From contig NC_083404.1 of the NCBI RefSeq assembly GCF_020745735.1, positions 14,694,001 to 14,758,000 of the forward strand: a stretch of DNA of 64,000 bases, read 5' to 3'. Made by a program: the position numbers and the translations under genes. Source of the DNA: Hemiscyllium ocellatum (lineage: Eukaryota). A model generated the notes under the pieces. That model did no database searches. It saw nothing but the letters and a program-made list of their open reading frames with translations, and was not told the origin of the DNA. Position 1 is the stretch's first letter, and the number at the start of each line of letters is the position of its first letter. Shown here piece by piece: positions 1-13,110 of the stretch.

Positions 1-3000
1 TTCTGCTGTTGCTGATGGTTCTGCTGTTGCTGATGGTACTGCTATTCCTGATGGTGCTGTTGTTGCTGATGGTGCTGCTGTTGCTGATGGTGCTGGTGTT
101 GCTGATGGTGCTGCTGTTGCTGATGGTACTGCTATCGCTGATGGTGCTGCTTTTGCTGATGGTGCAGCTGTTGCTGATGGTGCTGCTGTTGCTGATGGTG
201 CTGCTGTTGCTGATGGTACTGCTATCGCTAATGGTGCTGCTTTTGCCGATGGTGCTGATGTTGCTGATGGTGCTGCTGTTGCTGATGGTGCTGCTGTTGC
301 TGATGGTGCTGCTGTTGCTGATGGTACTGCTATCGCTGATGGTGCTGCTTTTGCTGATGGTGCAGCTGTTGCTGATGGTGCTGCTGTTGCTGATGGTGCT
401 GCTGTTGCTGATGGTACTGCTATCGCTAATGGTGCTGCTTTTGCCGATGGTGCTGATGTTGCTGATGGTGCTGCTGTTGCTGATGGTGCTGCTGATGCTG
501 ATGGAACTGCTGTTGCTGATGGTGCTGCTTTTGCTGATGGTGCTGATGTTGCTGATGGTGTTGCTGTTGCTGATGGTGCTGCTGTTGCTGATGATGTTGC
601 TGTTGGTGATGGTGCTGTTGTTGATGATGGTGCTGTTGTTTCTTATGGTGCTGTTGTTGCTGATGGCACTGCTGTTTCTGATGGTGCTGTTGTTGCTGAT
701 GGTGCTGTTGTTGCTGATGGTACTGCTTTTGCTGATGGTGCTGCTGTTGCTGATGGTGCTGTTGTTGCTGATGGTGCTGCTGTTGCTGATGATACTGCTT
801 TTGCTGATGGTGCAGCTGTCGCTGATTGGTGCTGCTTTTTCTGATGGTGATGCTGTTGCTGATGGTACTGTTGTTGCTGATGGTCATGCTGCTGCTGATG
901 GTACTGCTGTTTCTGATGGTACTGCTGTTTCTGCTGGCACTCTTGTTGCTGTTGTTATTGCTATTGCTGATGGTACTGCTGTTGCTGATGATACTGCTTT
1001 TGCTGATGATACTGCAATTGCTGATGGTGCTGTTGTTGGTGATGGTGTTGCTGTTGCTGATGGTACTGCTGTTGCTGATGATGTTGCTGTTGCTGATGGT
1101 GCTGTTGTTGCTTATGGTGCTGCGGTTGCTGATAGTACTGCTGTTGCTGATGGTACTGCTGTTGTTGATGGTGCTGCTGTTGCTGATGGTACTGCTGTTG
1201 CTGATGGTGCTGTTGTTGCTGATGGTGCTGCTGTTGCTGATGTTGCTGTTGTTGCTTATGGTGCTGTTGTTGCTGAGGGTGCTGCTGTTGCTGATGGTAC
1301 TGCTTTTGCTGATGGTGCTGCTGTTGCTGATGGTGCTGCTGTTGCTGATGGTGCTGCTGTTTCTGATGGAACTGCTGTTGCGGATGGTGCTGCTGTTGCT
1401 GATGGTGCTGCTTTTGCTGATAATGTTGCTGTTGCTGATGGTGCTGTTGTTGCTTATGGTGCTGTTGTTTCTTATGGTGCTGTTGTTGCTGACGGCACTG
1501 CTATTTCTGATGGTAATGCTGTTTCTGATGGTGCTTTTGTTGCTGACGATGCTGTTGTTGCTGATGGTGCTGTTGTTGCTGATGGTGCTGTTGTTGCTGA
1601 TGGTGCTGCTGTTGCTGATGGTACAGCTTTTGCTGATCGTGCAGCTGTTGCTGATGGTACTGCTTTTGCTGATGGTGCTGATGTTGCTGATGGTGTTGCT
1701 GTTTCTGATGGTACTCTTGTTGCTGTTGTTATTGCTATTGCTGATGGTGCTGCTGTTGCTGATGATACTACTTTTGCTGATGGTACTGCTATTGCTGATG
1801 ATGCTGTTGTTGCTGATGGTGCTGTTGGTACTGATTGTGCTGTCGTTGCTGATCGCGCCGCTGTTGCTGATGGTGCTGCTGTTGCTGATGGTTCTGCTGT
1901 TGCTGATGATGTTGCTGTTGCTGATGGTGCTGTTGTTGCTTATGGTGCTGCTTTTGCTGATGGTGCAGCTGTTGCTGATGGTGTTGCTGTTTCTGCTGGC
2001 ACTCTTGTTGCTGTTGTTATTGCTATTGCTGATGGTACTGCTGTTGCTGATGATACTGCTTTTGCTGATGATGTTGCTGTTGCTGATGGTGCTGTTGTTG
2101 CTTATGGTGCTGCGGTTGCTGATAGTACTGCTGTTGTTGATGGTGCTGTTGTTGCTGATGGTGCTGCTGTTGCTGATGTTGCTGTTGTTGCTGATGGTGC
2201 TGCTGTTGCTGATGATACGCCTGTTGCTGATGGTGCAGCTGTCGCTGATTGGTGCTGCTTTTTCTGATGGTGCTGTTGGTACTGATTGTGCTGTCGTTGC
2301 TGATCGCGCCGCTGTTGCTGATGGTGCTGCTGTTGCTGATGGTTCTGCTGTTGCTGATGGTTCTGCTGTTGCTGATGGTACTGCTTTTACTGATGGTGCT
2401 GATGTTGCTGATGGTGCTGCTGTTTCTCATGGTAATGCTGTTTCTGATGGTGCTTTTCTTGTTGATGATGCTGTTGTTGCTGATGGTGCTGCTTTTGATG
2501 TTGTTTCTGCTGTTGCTGATGGTACTGCTGTTTCTGATGGTATTTCTGTTTCTGCTGGTACTCTTGTTGCTGTTGTTATTGCTATTGCTGATGGTGCTGC
2601 TGTTGCTGATGATACGGCTTTTGCTGATGGTACTGCTATTGCTGAATGTGCTGCTGCTGCTGATGGTACTGTTGGTGCTGATGGTGCTGTTGTTGCTGAT
2701 GGAGCTGCTGTTGCTGATGCTGCTGTTGTTTGTGATGGTTCTGCTGTTGCTGATGGTGCTGCTGTTGCTGATGGTGCTGCTGTTGCTGAAGGTGCTGCTG
2801 TTGCTGATGGTGTCGCTGTTGCTGATGGTACTGCTGTTGGTGATGGTTCTGCAGTTGCTGATGTTGCTGCTGTTGCTGATGGTGCTGCTGTTGCTGATGG
2901 TGCTGCTATTGCTAATGGTGTTCCTGCTAATGATTCCAATGTTACTGTTAATGCTGATGGTGCTGTTTATTCTGATGTTGCTGCTGTTGCTTTTGAAGCT

Positions 3001-6000
3001 GCTGTTGCTGATGGTGATGCTGTTGCTGCTGGTGCTGTTGCTGCTGATGGTGTTGCTATTGCAGATGGTGCTGCTGTTGCTGATGGTACTGCTATTGCTG
3101 ATGATACTGTTGTTGCTGATGGTGCTGCTGTTGCTGATGGGTCTTCTATTGCTGATGGCGTTGCTGCTGCTGATGGTGCTGTTGTTGCTGATGGTGTTGC
3201 TGTTGCTGATGGTATTGCTATCGCTGATGGGTTGCTGTTGCTAATTGTGCTGCGGTTGCTGGTGGTACTGCTGTTGCCGATGGTGCTGTTGTTGCTGATG
3301 GCACTACCGTTGCTGATGGTGCTGCTGTTGCTGATGGTGCTGCTGTTGCTGATGGTGCTGCTGTTGCTGATGGTGTTGCTGTTGCTGATGGTGCTGCTGT
3401 TGATGATGGTGCTGTTGTTGCTGATGGTGCTGTTGTTGCTGATGGTGCCGCTCTTGCTGATGGTACTGCTTTTGCTGATGGTGATGCTGTTGCTGATGGT
3501 GTTGCTGTTGCTGATGGTACTGCTGTTGCTGATGGTGCTGCTGTTGCTGATGGTGCTGCTGTTGCTGATGGTACTGCTGTTGCTGATGGTGCTGCTGTTG
3601 CTGATGGTGCTGCTGTTGCTGATGGTGCTGTTGTTGCTGATGGTGCTGCTGTTGGTGATGGAACTGCTGTTGCTGATGGTGCTGCTGTTGCTGATGGTGC
3701 TGTTGTTGCTGATGGTGCTGCTGTTGGTGATGGCACTGCTGTTGCTGTTGGTGCTGCTGTTGCTGATGGTACTGCTTTTGATGATGGTGATGCTGTTGCT
3801 GATGGAGCTGCTGTTGGTGATGGTGCTGCTGTTGCTGATAGTACTGCTTTTGCTTATGGTGTGTTGTTGCTGATGGTACTGCAGCTGCTGATGGTGCTGC
3901 TGTTGCTGCTGGTCCTGTTGCTGCTAATGGTGCTGCTATTGCAGGTGGTGTTACTGTTGCTGATGGGGCTGCTATTGCTGATGCTGCTACAGTTGTTGAT
4001 GGTGCTGCTGTTGCTGATGGCGCTGATGATGTTGCTGTTGCTGATGGTACTGCTGTTGCTGATGGTGTTGCTGTTGCTGATGGTGCTGTTGTTGCTGATG
4101 GTGCTGATGTTGCTGATGGTGCTGCTTTTGCTGATGGTGCTGCTGTTGGTGATGGTGCTGCTGCTGCTGATGGTGCTGTTGTTGCTGATGGTGCTGTTGT
4201 TGCTGATGGTGCTGTTGTTGCTGATGGTGCTGCTTTTGCTGATGGTGCTGCTGTTGGTGATGGTGCTGCTACTGCTTACGGTGCTGTTGTTGCTGATGGT
4301 GCTGCTGTTGCTGATGGTACTACTATTGCTGATGGTGCTGTTGTTGCTGATGGTACTGTTGTTGCTGATGGTGCTGTTGTTGCTGATGGTACTACTATTG
4401 CTGATGGTGCTGCTGTTGCTGATGGTGCTGCTGTTGCTGATGTTGCTGTTGTTGCTGATGGTGCTGTTGTTGCTGATGGTACTGTTGTTGCTGATAGTGC
4501 TACTGTTGCTGATGCTGATGCTGTTGCTGATGGTGCTGTTGTTGCTTTTGGTGCTGCTGTTGCTGATTGTGCTGCTATTGCTAATTGTGCTGCGGTTGCT
4601 GGTGGGACTACTATTGCTGATAGTACTGCTGTTGCTGATGGTACTGCTGTTGTTGCTTATGGTGCTGATGTTGCTGATGGTGCTGCTGTTGCTGATGGTA
4701 CTACTGTTGTTGCTTATGGTGCTGATGTTGCTGATGGTGCTGCTTTTGCTGATTGTGCTGATGTTGCTGATGGTGTTGCTGTTGCTGATGATGTTGCTGT
4801 TGCTGATGGTGCTGTTGTTGCTGATGGTGCTGCTGTTGCTGATGATGTTACTGTTGCTAATGGTGCTGTTGTTGCTTATGGTGCTGTTGTTGCTGATGGT
4901 GATGCTGTTTCTGATGGAGCTTTTCTTGCTGATGATGCTGTTGTTGCTGATGGTGCTGTTTTTGCTGATGGTGCTGATGTTGCTGATGATGTTACTGTTG
5001 CTGATGGTTCTCTTGTTGCTGTTGTTGCTATTGCTGATGGTGCTGCTGTTGCTGATGATACTGCTTTTGCTGATGGTACTGCTATTGCTGATGGTGCTGT
5101 TGGTGCTGATGGTGCTGTTATTGCTGATGGCGCTGCTGTTGCTGATGGTGCTGCTGTTGCTGATTGTTTTGCTGTTGCTGATGGTGCTGCTGTTGCTGAT
5201 GGTACTGCTGTTGCTGATGGTGCTGTTGTTGCTGATGGTGCTGCTGTTGCTGATGGTGCTGCTGTTGCTGATGGTGCTGTTGTTGCTGATGGTACTGCTG
5301 TTGCTGATGATGTTGCTGTTGCTGATGGTGCTGCTGTTGCTGATGGTGCTGCTGTTGCTGATGGTGCTGTTGTTGCTGATGGTACTGCTGTTGCTGATGA
5401 TGTTGCTGTTGCTGATGGTGCTGCTGTTGCTGATGATACTGCTTTTGCTGATGGTACTGCTATTGCTGATGGTGCTGTTGGTGCTGATGGTGCTGTTGTT
5501 GCTGATGGCGCTGCTGTTGCTGATGGTGCTGCTGTTGCTGATTGTTTTGCTGTTGCTGATGGTACTGCTTTTGCTGATGGTGCTGTTGTTGCTGATGGTG
5601 CTGCTGTTGCTGATGGTGCTGCTGTTGCTGATGGAACTGTTGTTGCTGATGGTACTGCTGTTGTTGCTTATGGTGCTGATGTTGCTTTTGGTGCTGCTGT
5701 TGCTGATTGTGCTGCTATTGCTAATTGTGCTGCGGTTGCTGGTGGGACTACTATTGCTGATAGTACTGCTGTTGCTGATGGTACTGCTGTTGTTGCTTAT
5801 GGTGCTGATGTTGCTGATGGTGCTGCTGTTGCTGATGGTACTACTGTTGTTGCTTATGGTGCTGATGTTGCTGATGGTGCTGCTTTTGCTGATTGTGCTG
5901 ATGTTGCTGATGGTGTTGCTGTTGCTGATGATGTTGCTGTTGCTGATGGTGCTGCTGTTGCTGATGGTACTACTGTTGTTGCTTATGGTGCTGATGTTGC

Positions 6001-9000
6001 TGATGGTGCTGCTTTTGCTGATTGTGCTGATGTTGCTGATGGTGCTGTTGTTGCTGATGGTGCTGCTGTTGCTGATGATGTTACTGTTGCTAATGGTGCT
6101 GTTGTTGCTTATGGTGCTGTTGTTGCTGATGGTGATGCTGTTTCTGATGGAGCTTTTCTTGCTGATGATGCTGTTGTTGCTGATGGTGCTGTTTTTGCTG
6201 ATGGTGCTGATGTTGCTGATGATGTTACTGTTGCTGATGGTTCTCTTGTTGCTGTTGTTGCTATTGCTGATGGTGCTGCTGTTGCTGATGATACTGTTAT
6301 TGCTGATGGCGCTGCTGTTGCTGATGGTGCTGCTGTTGCTGATTGTTTTGCTGTTGCTGATGGTGCTGCTGTTGCTGATGGTACTGCTGTTGCTGATGGT
6401 GCTGTTGTTGCTGATGGTGCTGCTGTTGCTGATGGTGCTGCTGTTGCTGATGGTGCTGTTGTTGCTGATGGTACTGCTGTTGCTGATGATGTTGCTGTTG
6501 CTGATGGTAATGCTGTTGCTGATGGTGCTGCTGTTGCTGATGATACTGCTTTTGCTGATGGTACTGCTATTGCTGATGGTGCTGTTGTTGCTGATGGTGC
6601 TGTTGGTGCTGATGGTGCTGTTGTTGCTGATGGCGCTGCTGTTGCTGATGGTGCTGCTGTTGCTGATTGTTTTGCTGTTGCTGATGGTACTGCTTTTGCT
6701 GATGGTGCTGTTGTTGCTGATGGTGCTGCTGTTGCTGATGGTGCTGCTGTTGCTGATGGAACTGTTGTTGCTGATGGTACCGCTGTTGCTGATGATGTTG
6801 CTGTTGCTGATGGTACTGCTGTTGCTGATGGTGCTGCTGTTGCTGATGGGGTTGTTGTAGCTGATGGTGTTGCTGTTGCTGATGGGGTTGTTGTAGCTGA
6901 TGGTGTTGCTGTTGCTGTTGCTGATGGTGCTGTTGTTGGTGATGGTACTGCTATTGCTAATGGTGCTGCATTTGCTGATGGTGCTGCTGTTGCTGATGGT
7001 GCTGTTGTTGCTGATGGTACTGCTGTTGCTGATGGTGCTGTTGTTGCTGATGGTGCTGCTGTTGCTGATGGTGCTGCTGTTTCTGATGGTGCTGCTGATG
7101 CTGATGGAACTGCTGTTGCTGATGGTGCTGCTGGTGCTGATGGTGCTGATGTTGCTGATGGTGTTGCTGTTGCTGATGGTGCTGCTGTTGTTGCTTATGG
7201 TGCTGTTATTTCGTATGGTGCTGTTGTTGCTGACGGCACTGCTGTTTCTGATGGTAATGCTGTTTCTGATGGTGCTGTTGTTGCTGATGGTGCTGCTGTT
7301 GCTGATGATACTGCTTTTGCTGATGGTGCAGCTGTCGCTGATTGGTGCTGCTTTTTCTGATGGTGATGCTGTTGCTGATGGTACTGCTGTTGTTGCTGAT
7401 GGTGCTGATGTTGCTGATGGTGCTGCTGTTGCTGATGGTACTGCTTTTGCTGATGGTGCTGCTGTTGCTGATGGAACTGCTGTTGCTGATGGTGCTGCTG
7501 TTGCTGATGGTGCTGATGGTACTGCTGTTGCTGATGGTGCTGATGGTACTGCTGTTGCTGATGGTGCTGCTGTTGCTGATGGGGTTGTTGTAGCTGATGG
7601 TGTTGCTGTTGCTGATGGTGCTGTTGTTGCTGATGGTACTGCTATTGCTGATGGTGCTGCATTTGTTGATGGTGCTGTTGTTGCTGATGGTGCTGTTGTT
7701 GCTGATGGTGCTGCTGTTGCTGTTGGTGCTGCTGTTGCTAATTGTGCTGAGGTTGCTGGTGGTACTATTGCTGATAGTTCTGCTGTTGCTGATGGTACTG
7801 CTGTTGCTGATGGTGCTGTTGTTGCTGATGGTGCTGTTGTTGCTTTTGGTGCTTCTGTTGCTGTTGGTGCTGCTGTTGCTAATTGTGCTGAGGTTGCTGG
7901 TGGTACTATTGCTGATAGTTCTGCTGTTGCTGATGGTACTGCTGTTGCTGATGGTGTTGCTGTTGCTGATGGTGCTGCTGTTGCTGATGATGTTGCTGTT
8001 GCTGATGGGGTTGTTGTAGCTGATGGTGTTGCTGTTGCTGATGGTGCTGTTGTTGGTGATGGTACTGCTATTGCTAATGGTGCTGCATTTGCTGATGGTG
8101 CCTCTGTTGCTGATGATATTCTGTTGCTGATGATTCTGCTGTTACTGATGGTGCTGCTGTTGTTGATGGTGCTGGTGTTGCTGTTGGTGCTGCTGTTGCT
8201 GATGGTGCTCTTGTTGCTGATTGTGCTGCTGTTGCTGATGGTATTGCTTTTGCTGATGGTGCTACTGTTGCTGATGGTGCTGCAGTTGCTGATGGTGCTG
8301 CTGTTGCTGATGGAACTGCTGTTGCTGATGGTGCTACTGTTGCTGATGGTGTTGATGATGTTGCTGTTGCTGATGGTACTGCGGTTGCTGATGGGGTTGT
8401 TGTAGCTGATGGTGTTGCTGTCGCTGATGGTGCTGCTGTTGCTGATGGTACTGCTGTTGCTGATGGTACTGCAGTTGCTGATGGTGCTGCTGTTGCTGAT
8501 GGTGTTGTTGTTGCTGATGGGGTTGTTGTAGCTGATGGTGTTGCTGTTGCTGATGGTGTTATTGTTGCTGATGATACTGCTATTGCTGATGGTGCTGCTT
8601 TTGCTGATGGTGCTGCTGTTGCTGATGATACTCTGTTGCTGGTGGTTCTGCTTTTGCTGGTGTTGCTGCTATTGTTGATGGTGCTGGTGTTGCTGATGGT
8701 ACTGTTGTTGCTGTTGGTGCTGCTGTTGCTGATGGTGCTGCTCCTGCTGATGGTGCTGCTACTGCTGATGGTATTGCTGTTGCTGATGGTATTGCTGTTG
8801 CTGATGGTACTGCTGTTGCTGATGGTATTGCTGCTGCTGATGGTGCTGCTATTGCTGATTGTGTTACTGGTGCTGCTGTTGCTGATGATGCTGCTTTTGC
8901 TGATGGTGGTGTTGTTGCTGAAGATACTCTGTTGCTGATGGTTCTGCTTTTGCTGATGGTGCTGATGGTACTGCTGTTGCTGATGGTGCTGATGGTACTG

Positions 9001-10765
9001 CTGTTGCTGATGGTGCTGATGGTACTGCTGTTGCTGATGGTGCTGCTGTTGCTGATGGGGTTGTTGTAGCTGATGGTGTTGCTGTTGCTGATGGTGCTGT
9101 TGTTGCCGATGGTACTGCTATTGCTGATGGTGCTGCATTTGTTGATGGTGCTGTTGTTGCTGATGGTGCTGTTGTTGCTGATGGTGCTGCTGTTGCTGTT
9201 GGTGCTGCTGTTGCTAATTGTGCTGAGGTTGCTGGTGGTACTATTGCTGATAGTTCTGCTGTTGCTGATGGTACTGCTGTTGCTGATGGTGCTGTTGTTG
9301 CTGATGGTGCTGTTGTTGCTTTTGGTGCTTCTGTTGCTGTTGGTGCTGCTGTTGCTAATTGTGCTGAGGTTGCTGGTGGTACTATTGCTGATAGTTCTGC
9401 TGTTGCTGATGGTACTGCTGTTGCTGATGGTGTTGCTGTTGCTGATGGTGCTGCTGTTGCTGATGATGTTGCTGTTGCTGATGGGGTTGTTGTAGCTGAT
9501 GGTGTTGCTGTTGCTGATGGTGCTGTTGTTGGTGATGGTACTGCTATTGCTAATGGTGCTGCATTTGCTGATGGTGCCTCTGTTGCTGATGATATTCTGT
9601 TGCTGATGATTCTGCTGTTACTGATGGTGCTGCTGTTGTTGATGGTGCTGGTGTTGCTGTTGGTGCTGCTGTTGCTGATGGTGCTCTTGTTGCTGATTGT
9701 GCTGCTGTTGCTGATGGTATTGCTTTTGCTGATGGTGCTACTGTTGCTGATGGTGCTGCAGTTGCTGATGGTGCTGCTGTTGCTGATGGAACTGCTGTTG
9801 CTGATGGTGCTACTGTTGCTGATGGTGTTGATGATGTTGCTGTTGCTGATGGTACTGCGGTTGCTGATGGGGTTGTTGTAGCTGATGGTGTTGCTGTCGC
9901 TGATGGTGCTGCTGTTGCTGATGGTACTGCTGTTGCTGATGGTACTGCAGTTGCTGATGGTGCTGCTGTTGCTGATGGTGTTGTTGTTGCTGATGGGGTT
10001 GTTGTAGCTGATGGTGTTGCTGTTGCTGATGGTGTTATTGTTGCTGATGATACTGCTATTGCTGATGGTGCTGCTTTTGCTGATGGTGCTGCTGTTGCTG
10101 ATGATACTCTGTTGCTGGTGGTTCTGCTTTTGCTGGTGTTGCTGCTATTGTTGATGGTGCTGGTGTTGCTGATGGTACTGTTGTTGCTGTTGGTGCTGCT
10201 GTTGCTGATGGTGCTGCTCCTGCTGATGGTGCTGCTACTGCTGATGGTATTGCTGTTGCTGATGGTATTGCTGTTGCTGATGGTACTGCTGTTGCTGATG
10301 GTATTGCTGCTGCTGATGGTGCTGCTATTGCTGATTGTGTTACTGGTGCTGCTGTTGCTGATGATGCTGCTTTTGCTGATGGTGGTGTTGTTGCTGAAGA
10401 TACTCTGTTGCTGATGGTTCTGCTTTTGCTGATGTTGCTGCTGTAGTTGATGGTGCTGGTGTTGCTGATGGTACTGTTGTTGACGGTGCTGCTGTTACTG
10501 ATGGTGCTGCTGTTGCTGATGGTGCTGCTGTTGCTGATGATACTGCTGTTGCTGATGGTTCTGCTGTTGTTGGCAGTGCTGTTGTTGCTGATGGTACTGT
10601 TGTTGTTGATGGTGCTTCTGTTGCTGATGGTGCTCTTGTTGGTGATTGTGCTGCTACTGCTGATGGTAATGCTGCTGCTGATGGTGCTGTTATTGCTGCT
10701 GGTGTTAATGGTGCTGCTGTTGCCGATGTTGCTGCTGTTGCCGATGGTGCTGCTGTAGTTGCTTT
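1..10765. repeat. Large minisatellite, 18-bp consensus GCTGATGGTGCTGCTGTT (cryptic (TGN)n triplet repeat); truncated by window start
   Basis: Unit is directly visible throughout. Frames read ADGAAV and LMVLLL on plus, PSATAA and HQQQQH on minus. Internal block duplications have offsets of 198, 1140 and 1476 bp. Confidence 0.97.
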
Positions 10766-12054
10766 TCCGACAATTCCTCTCACACAAGCATGCAAGGAAT
10801 CAGCTGTAAGCTTCCAGCTCTTTTTGGCACTGTTCCCTGTCATGTCTTCAGAGCTTTCAATTGCAACTTTGTTCCCATCTTGTTTTCATTGTTGTGTTCC
10901 AGGAATCTTTGGAAACCAGCAAAACCGCATTTAAATTGGAATGTCCATATTAACAGCGCTGTAATTGACTGAATAGCATGTTAGAATTAACAAATGCCTT
11001 GCCTAAAGACACCATGTACATGCAGCCTAAAGCTCGAGAGTTATGTGTGGAGATTTGCAGGCTGGAGAAAGCTTCTCAATGCCCTCATGCATTTTCAAAG
11101 CTAAAACCCACACCGATGTCCAGTCCAATAATCTCATCCACGCACTACTTCCCTTTTGGGTTCAATTGAGGCAGGGCCTATAGATTTCTGAATAGATATT
11201 TGTTCAACTGAACCAGGTGGACATTACCTGCTGGGCTTATATGTGTTTCTAGATTAAGTGTTAGTTTTGTAAATTTTCATCGAGGGTGTCTCTGCAATGA
11301 AGACCATTGAAATTTCTTGCCACATATTATCAAATCAGTCTCTTTACTGCCTACCTCGCCCTAATGGATCTCTCTGTCTAAGCCTAGCCATTATACCACT
11401 CACCTGACCTGGAACAGCTCACTGCTGCTGGCATATCCTGGAGCTGACCAACACCTCTGGCACTGGTGCCATCTGTAAGTGGGTGTTAAGTCCCTGTTGG
11501 TCTGGAGCAAGAATGCACAGATCCACATATTTGTCCAAGACATGACAGATAAGGAATAATTGACACCTCACTCTGTGGCAAGGACCCAAGTTGGGTGGTG
11601 CAGCGGCAGGATGTCCACTACCTACAGGATTGGCATTGGAGGCTACAAGGTAAGACTGTGCCAATCTGGACAGTAGCAATCTAGTTCCGTGCCATCTCAG
11701 CCATCTGGAGGAATGCATAGTAATTTAGTACCACCTTCTCCACTTTGCCAGCTTAAGTGGTACCATCTTCTCTGCAATGCCCCACAGTCATCTATCTCTG
11801 CTATTATATCCATCCCCTACCATTGCTCATGCTCTCCCACATTCGTTCTCACTATTGCCTTCAAAATTTTCCTTCCCTCACTGTCACCAAACTCCGACCC
11901 CTCCTGCATGTCCTACCCACTTGCTCAGAGGATACCTCCCCAACTGCACCAAATATAATGGCTGTGCCACCCACCTTCATCTCCCTTAAAGCTCCCCTCA
12001 TCATGAGAGGAGGGAAACAGATAGGCAGAAAGAGTCAGATAGGTGCTGGGCGTT

Positions 12055-12403
12055 TTTTGTTATTCATTCATGGGATGAGGGCACCACTGACTAGGTCAGC
12101 ATTTATCGCCCAGCCCTAATTGCCCTGAGGGCAGTTAAGAGTCACCCACATTGCTGTGGGTCTGGAGTCAAATGTAGGTCAGACCAGCAGTTTCCTTCCC
12201 TTCAGGACATTAGTGAACCAGATGGGTTTTTTCCCTGACAATTGATAATGGATTCATGGCCATCATTAAACTCTTAAATCCAGATTTTTATTGAAGTCAA
12301 ATTTTGCCATTTGCTGTGCAGGATTCATATCCAGGTCACCAGGTCATTACCTGGGTCTCTGGATTAACAGTCCAGTGGCAATAGCACTAGACCATCTCCT
12401 CCC
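12055..12403 (-). mobile_element. tRNA-derived SINE with a 3' tail shared with the LINE at 28030-28615
   Basis: Minus strand begins with a tRNA-like head (ggagatggtctagtgctattgccactggact...atgaatcc) and ends gggcaattagggctgggcgataaatgctg...atgaatgaata, which aligns to 28541-28605. Confidence 0.8.
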
Positions 12404-12747
12404 CGCTGTGCATCATATGGCTCCTCACCACTCATGTGGAGGGAATAATGATTGTTCTGAATGGCTGACTAACTGTTCCTGAGCCCCTGGACTGGTTTCC
12501 TAAACTGCCCTTGACTTATCGTGCCAGACCCCCTGAGACAGTGCTGTCTCCCCTGACTTGAGAGTAAGCGAGTCTGGAGACCATGATAACCTTCCTAGCT
12601 TTGTGTCTACTGTACATGGCGAGGCAATATAGCATTACTGTGAGCCTGGTATCTCTGGGGAGAAGGGAGAAGGGGAAAAAAAGGCAAGGTAAGACATGGC
12701 ACAACGATGGCATTGCAAGAACCCAGGTAGGCTTGAAGTAATGAGCA

Positions 12748-12881
12748 AAAAATGAGGTCTGCAGATGCTGGAGATCACAGCTGAAAATGTGTTGCTGGTC
12801 AAAGCACAGCAGGCCAGGCAGCATCTCAGGAATAGAGATGCTGCCTGGCCTGCTGTGCTTTGACCACCAACACATTTTCAG
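12748..12881. mobile_element. Penelope-derived fold-back mini-insertion
   Basis: Perfect 15-bp TSD ttgaagtaatgagca (12733-12747 / 12882-12896). ~47-bp inverted arms ctgaaaatgtgttgctggtcaaagcacagcaggccaggcagcatctc. Terminus matches the 3' end of the GIY-YIG-bearing copy at 33306-33872. Confidence 0.85.
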
Positions 12882-12896
12882 TTGAAGTAATGAGCA

Positions 12897-13110
12897 CTCA
12901 GGGAGAAAGCAAATAGGCCAGAGATACAGCCTGGTCCAGTATAGGAGCTGGCTACATGTCCCTGAGTACACAGTGCCCTCGCTTCAGCATTTCAAAGATA
13001 GTTACCGTTGTGTCTTGGGTGCGACAGTGAAGCACTAAAGTGCACTGTAAGTGGACGGCAGATGTTCAAAGAGTGTTCATAATGACTGACGCATTGGATG
13101 CCAGTGTTGT
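12897..13110 (-). mobile_element. Possible heavily decayed PIF/Harbinger transposase fragment
   Basis: Minus-strand translation loosely resembles the LK.RF.CL...L.Y.P...C..LHN region of Harbinger DDE transposases. Weak similarity judged by eye. Confidence 0.3.

Noticed and set aside
9-10758. Very long plus-strand ORFs (752, 1015, 999, 501 aa; poly-L/M/V and ADGAAV) as real membrane or ice-nucleation-like proteins
   Set aside because: They are by-products of a stop-free triplet repeat. They switch between peptide types at single-base slips and have no unique domains.
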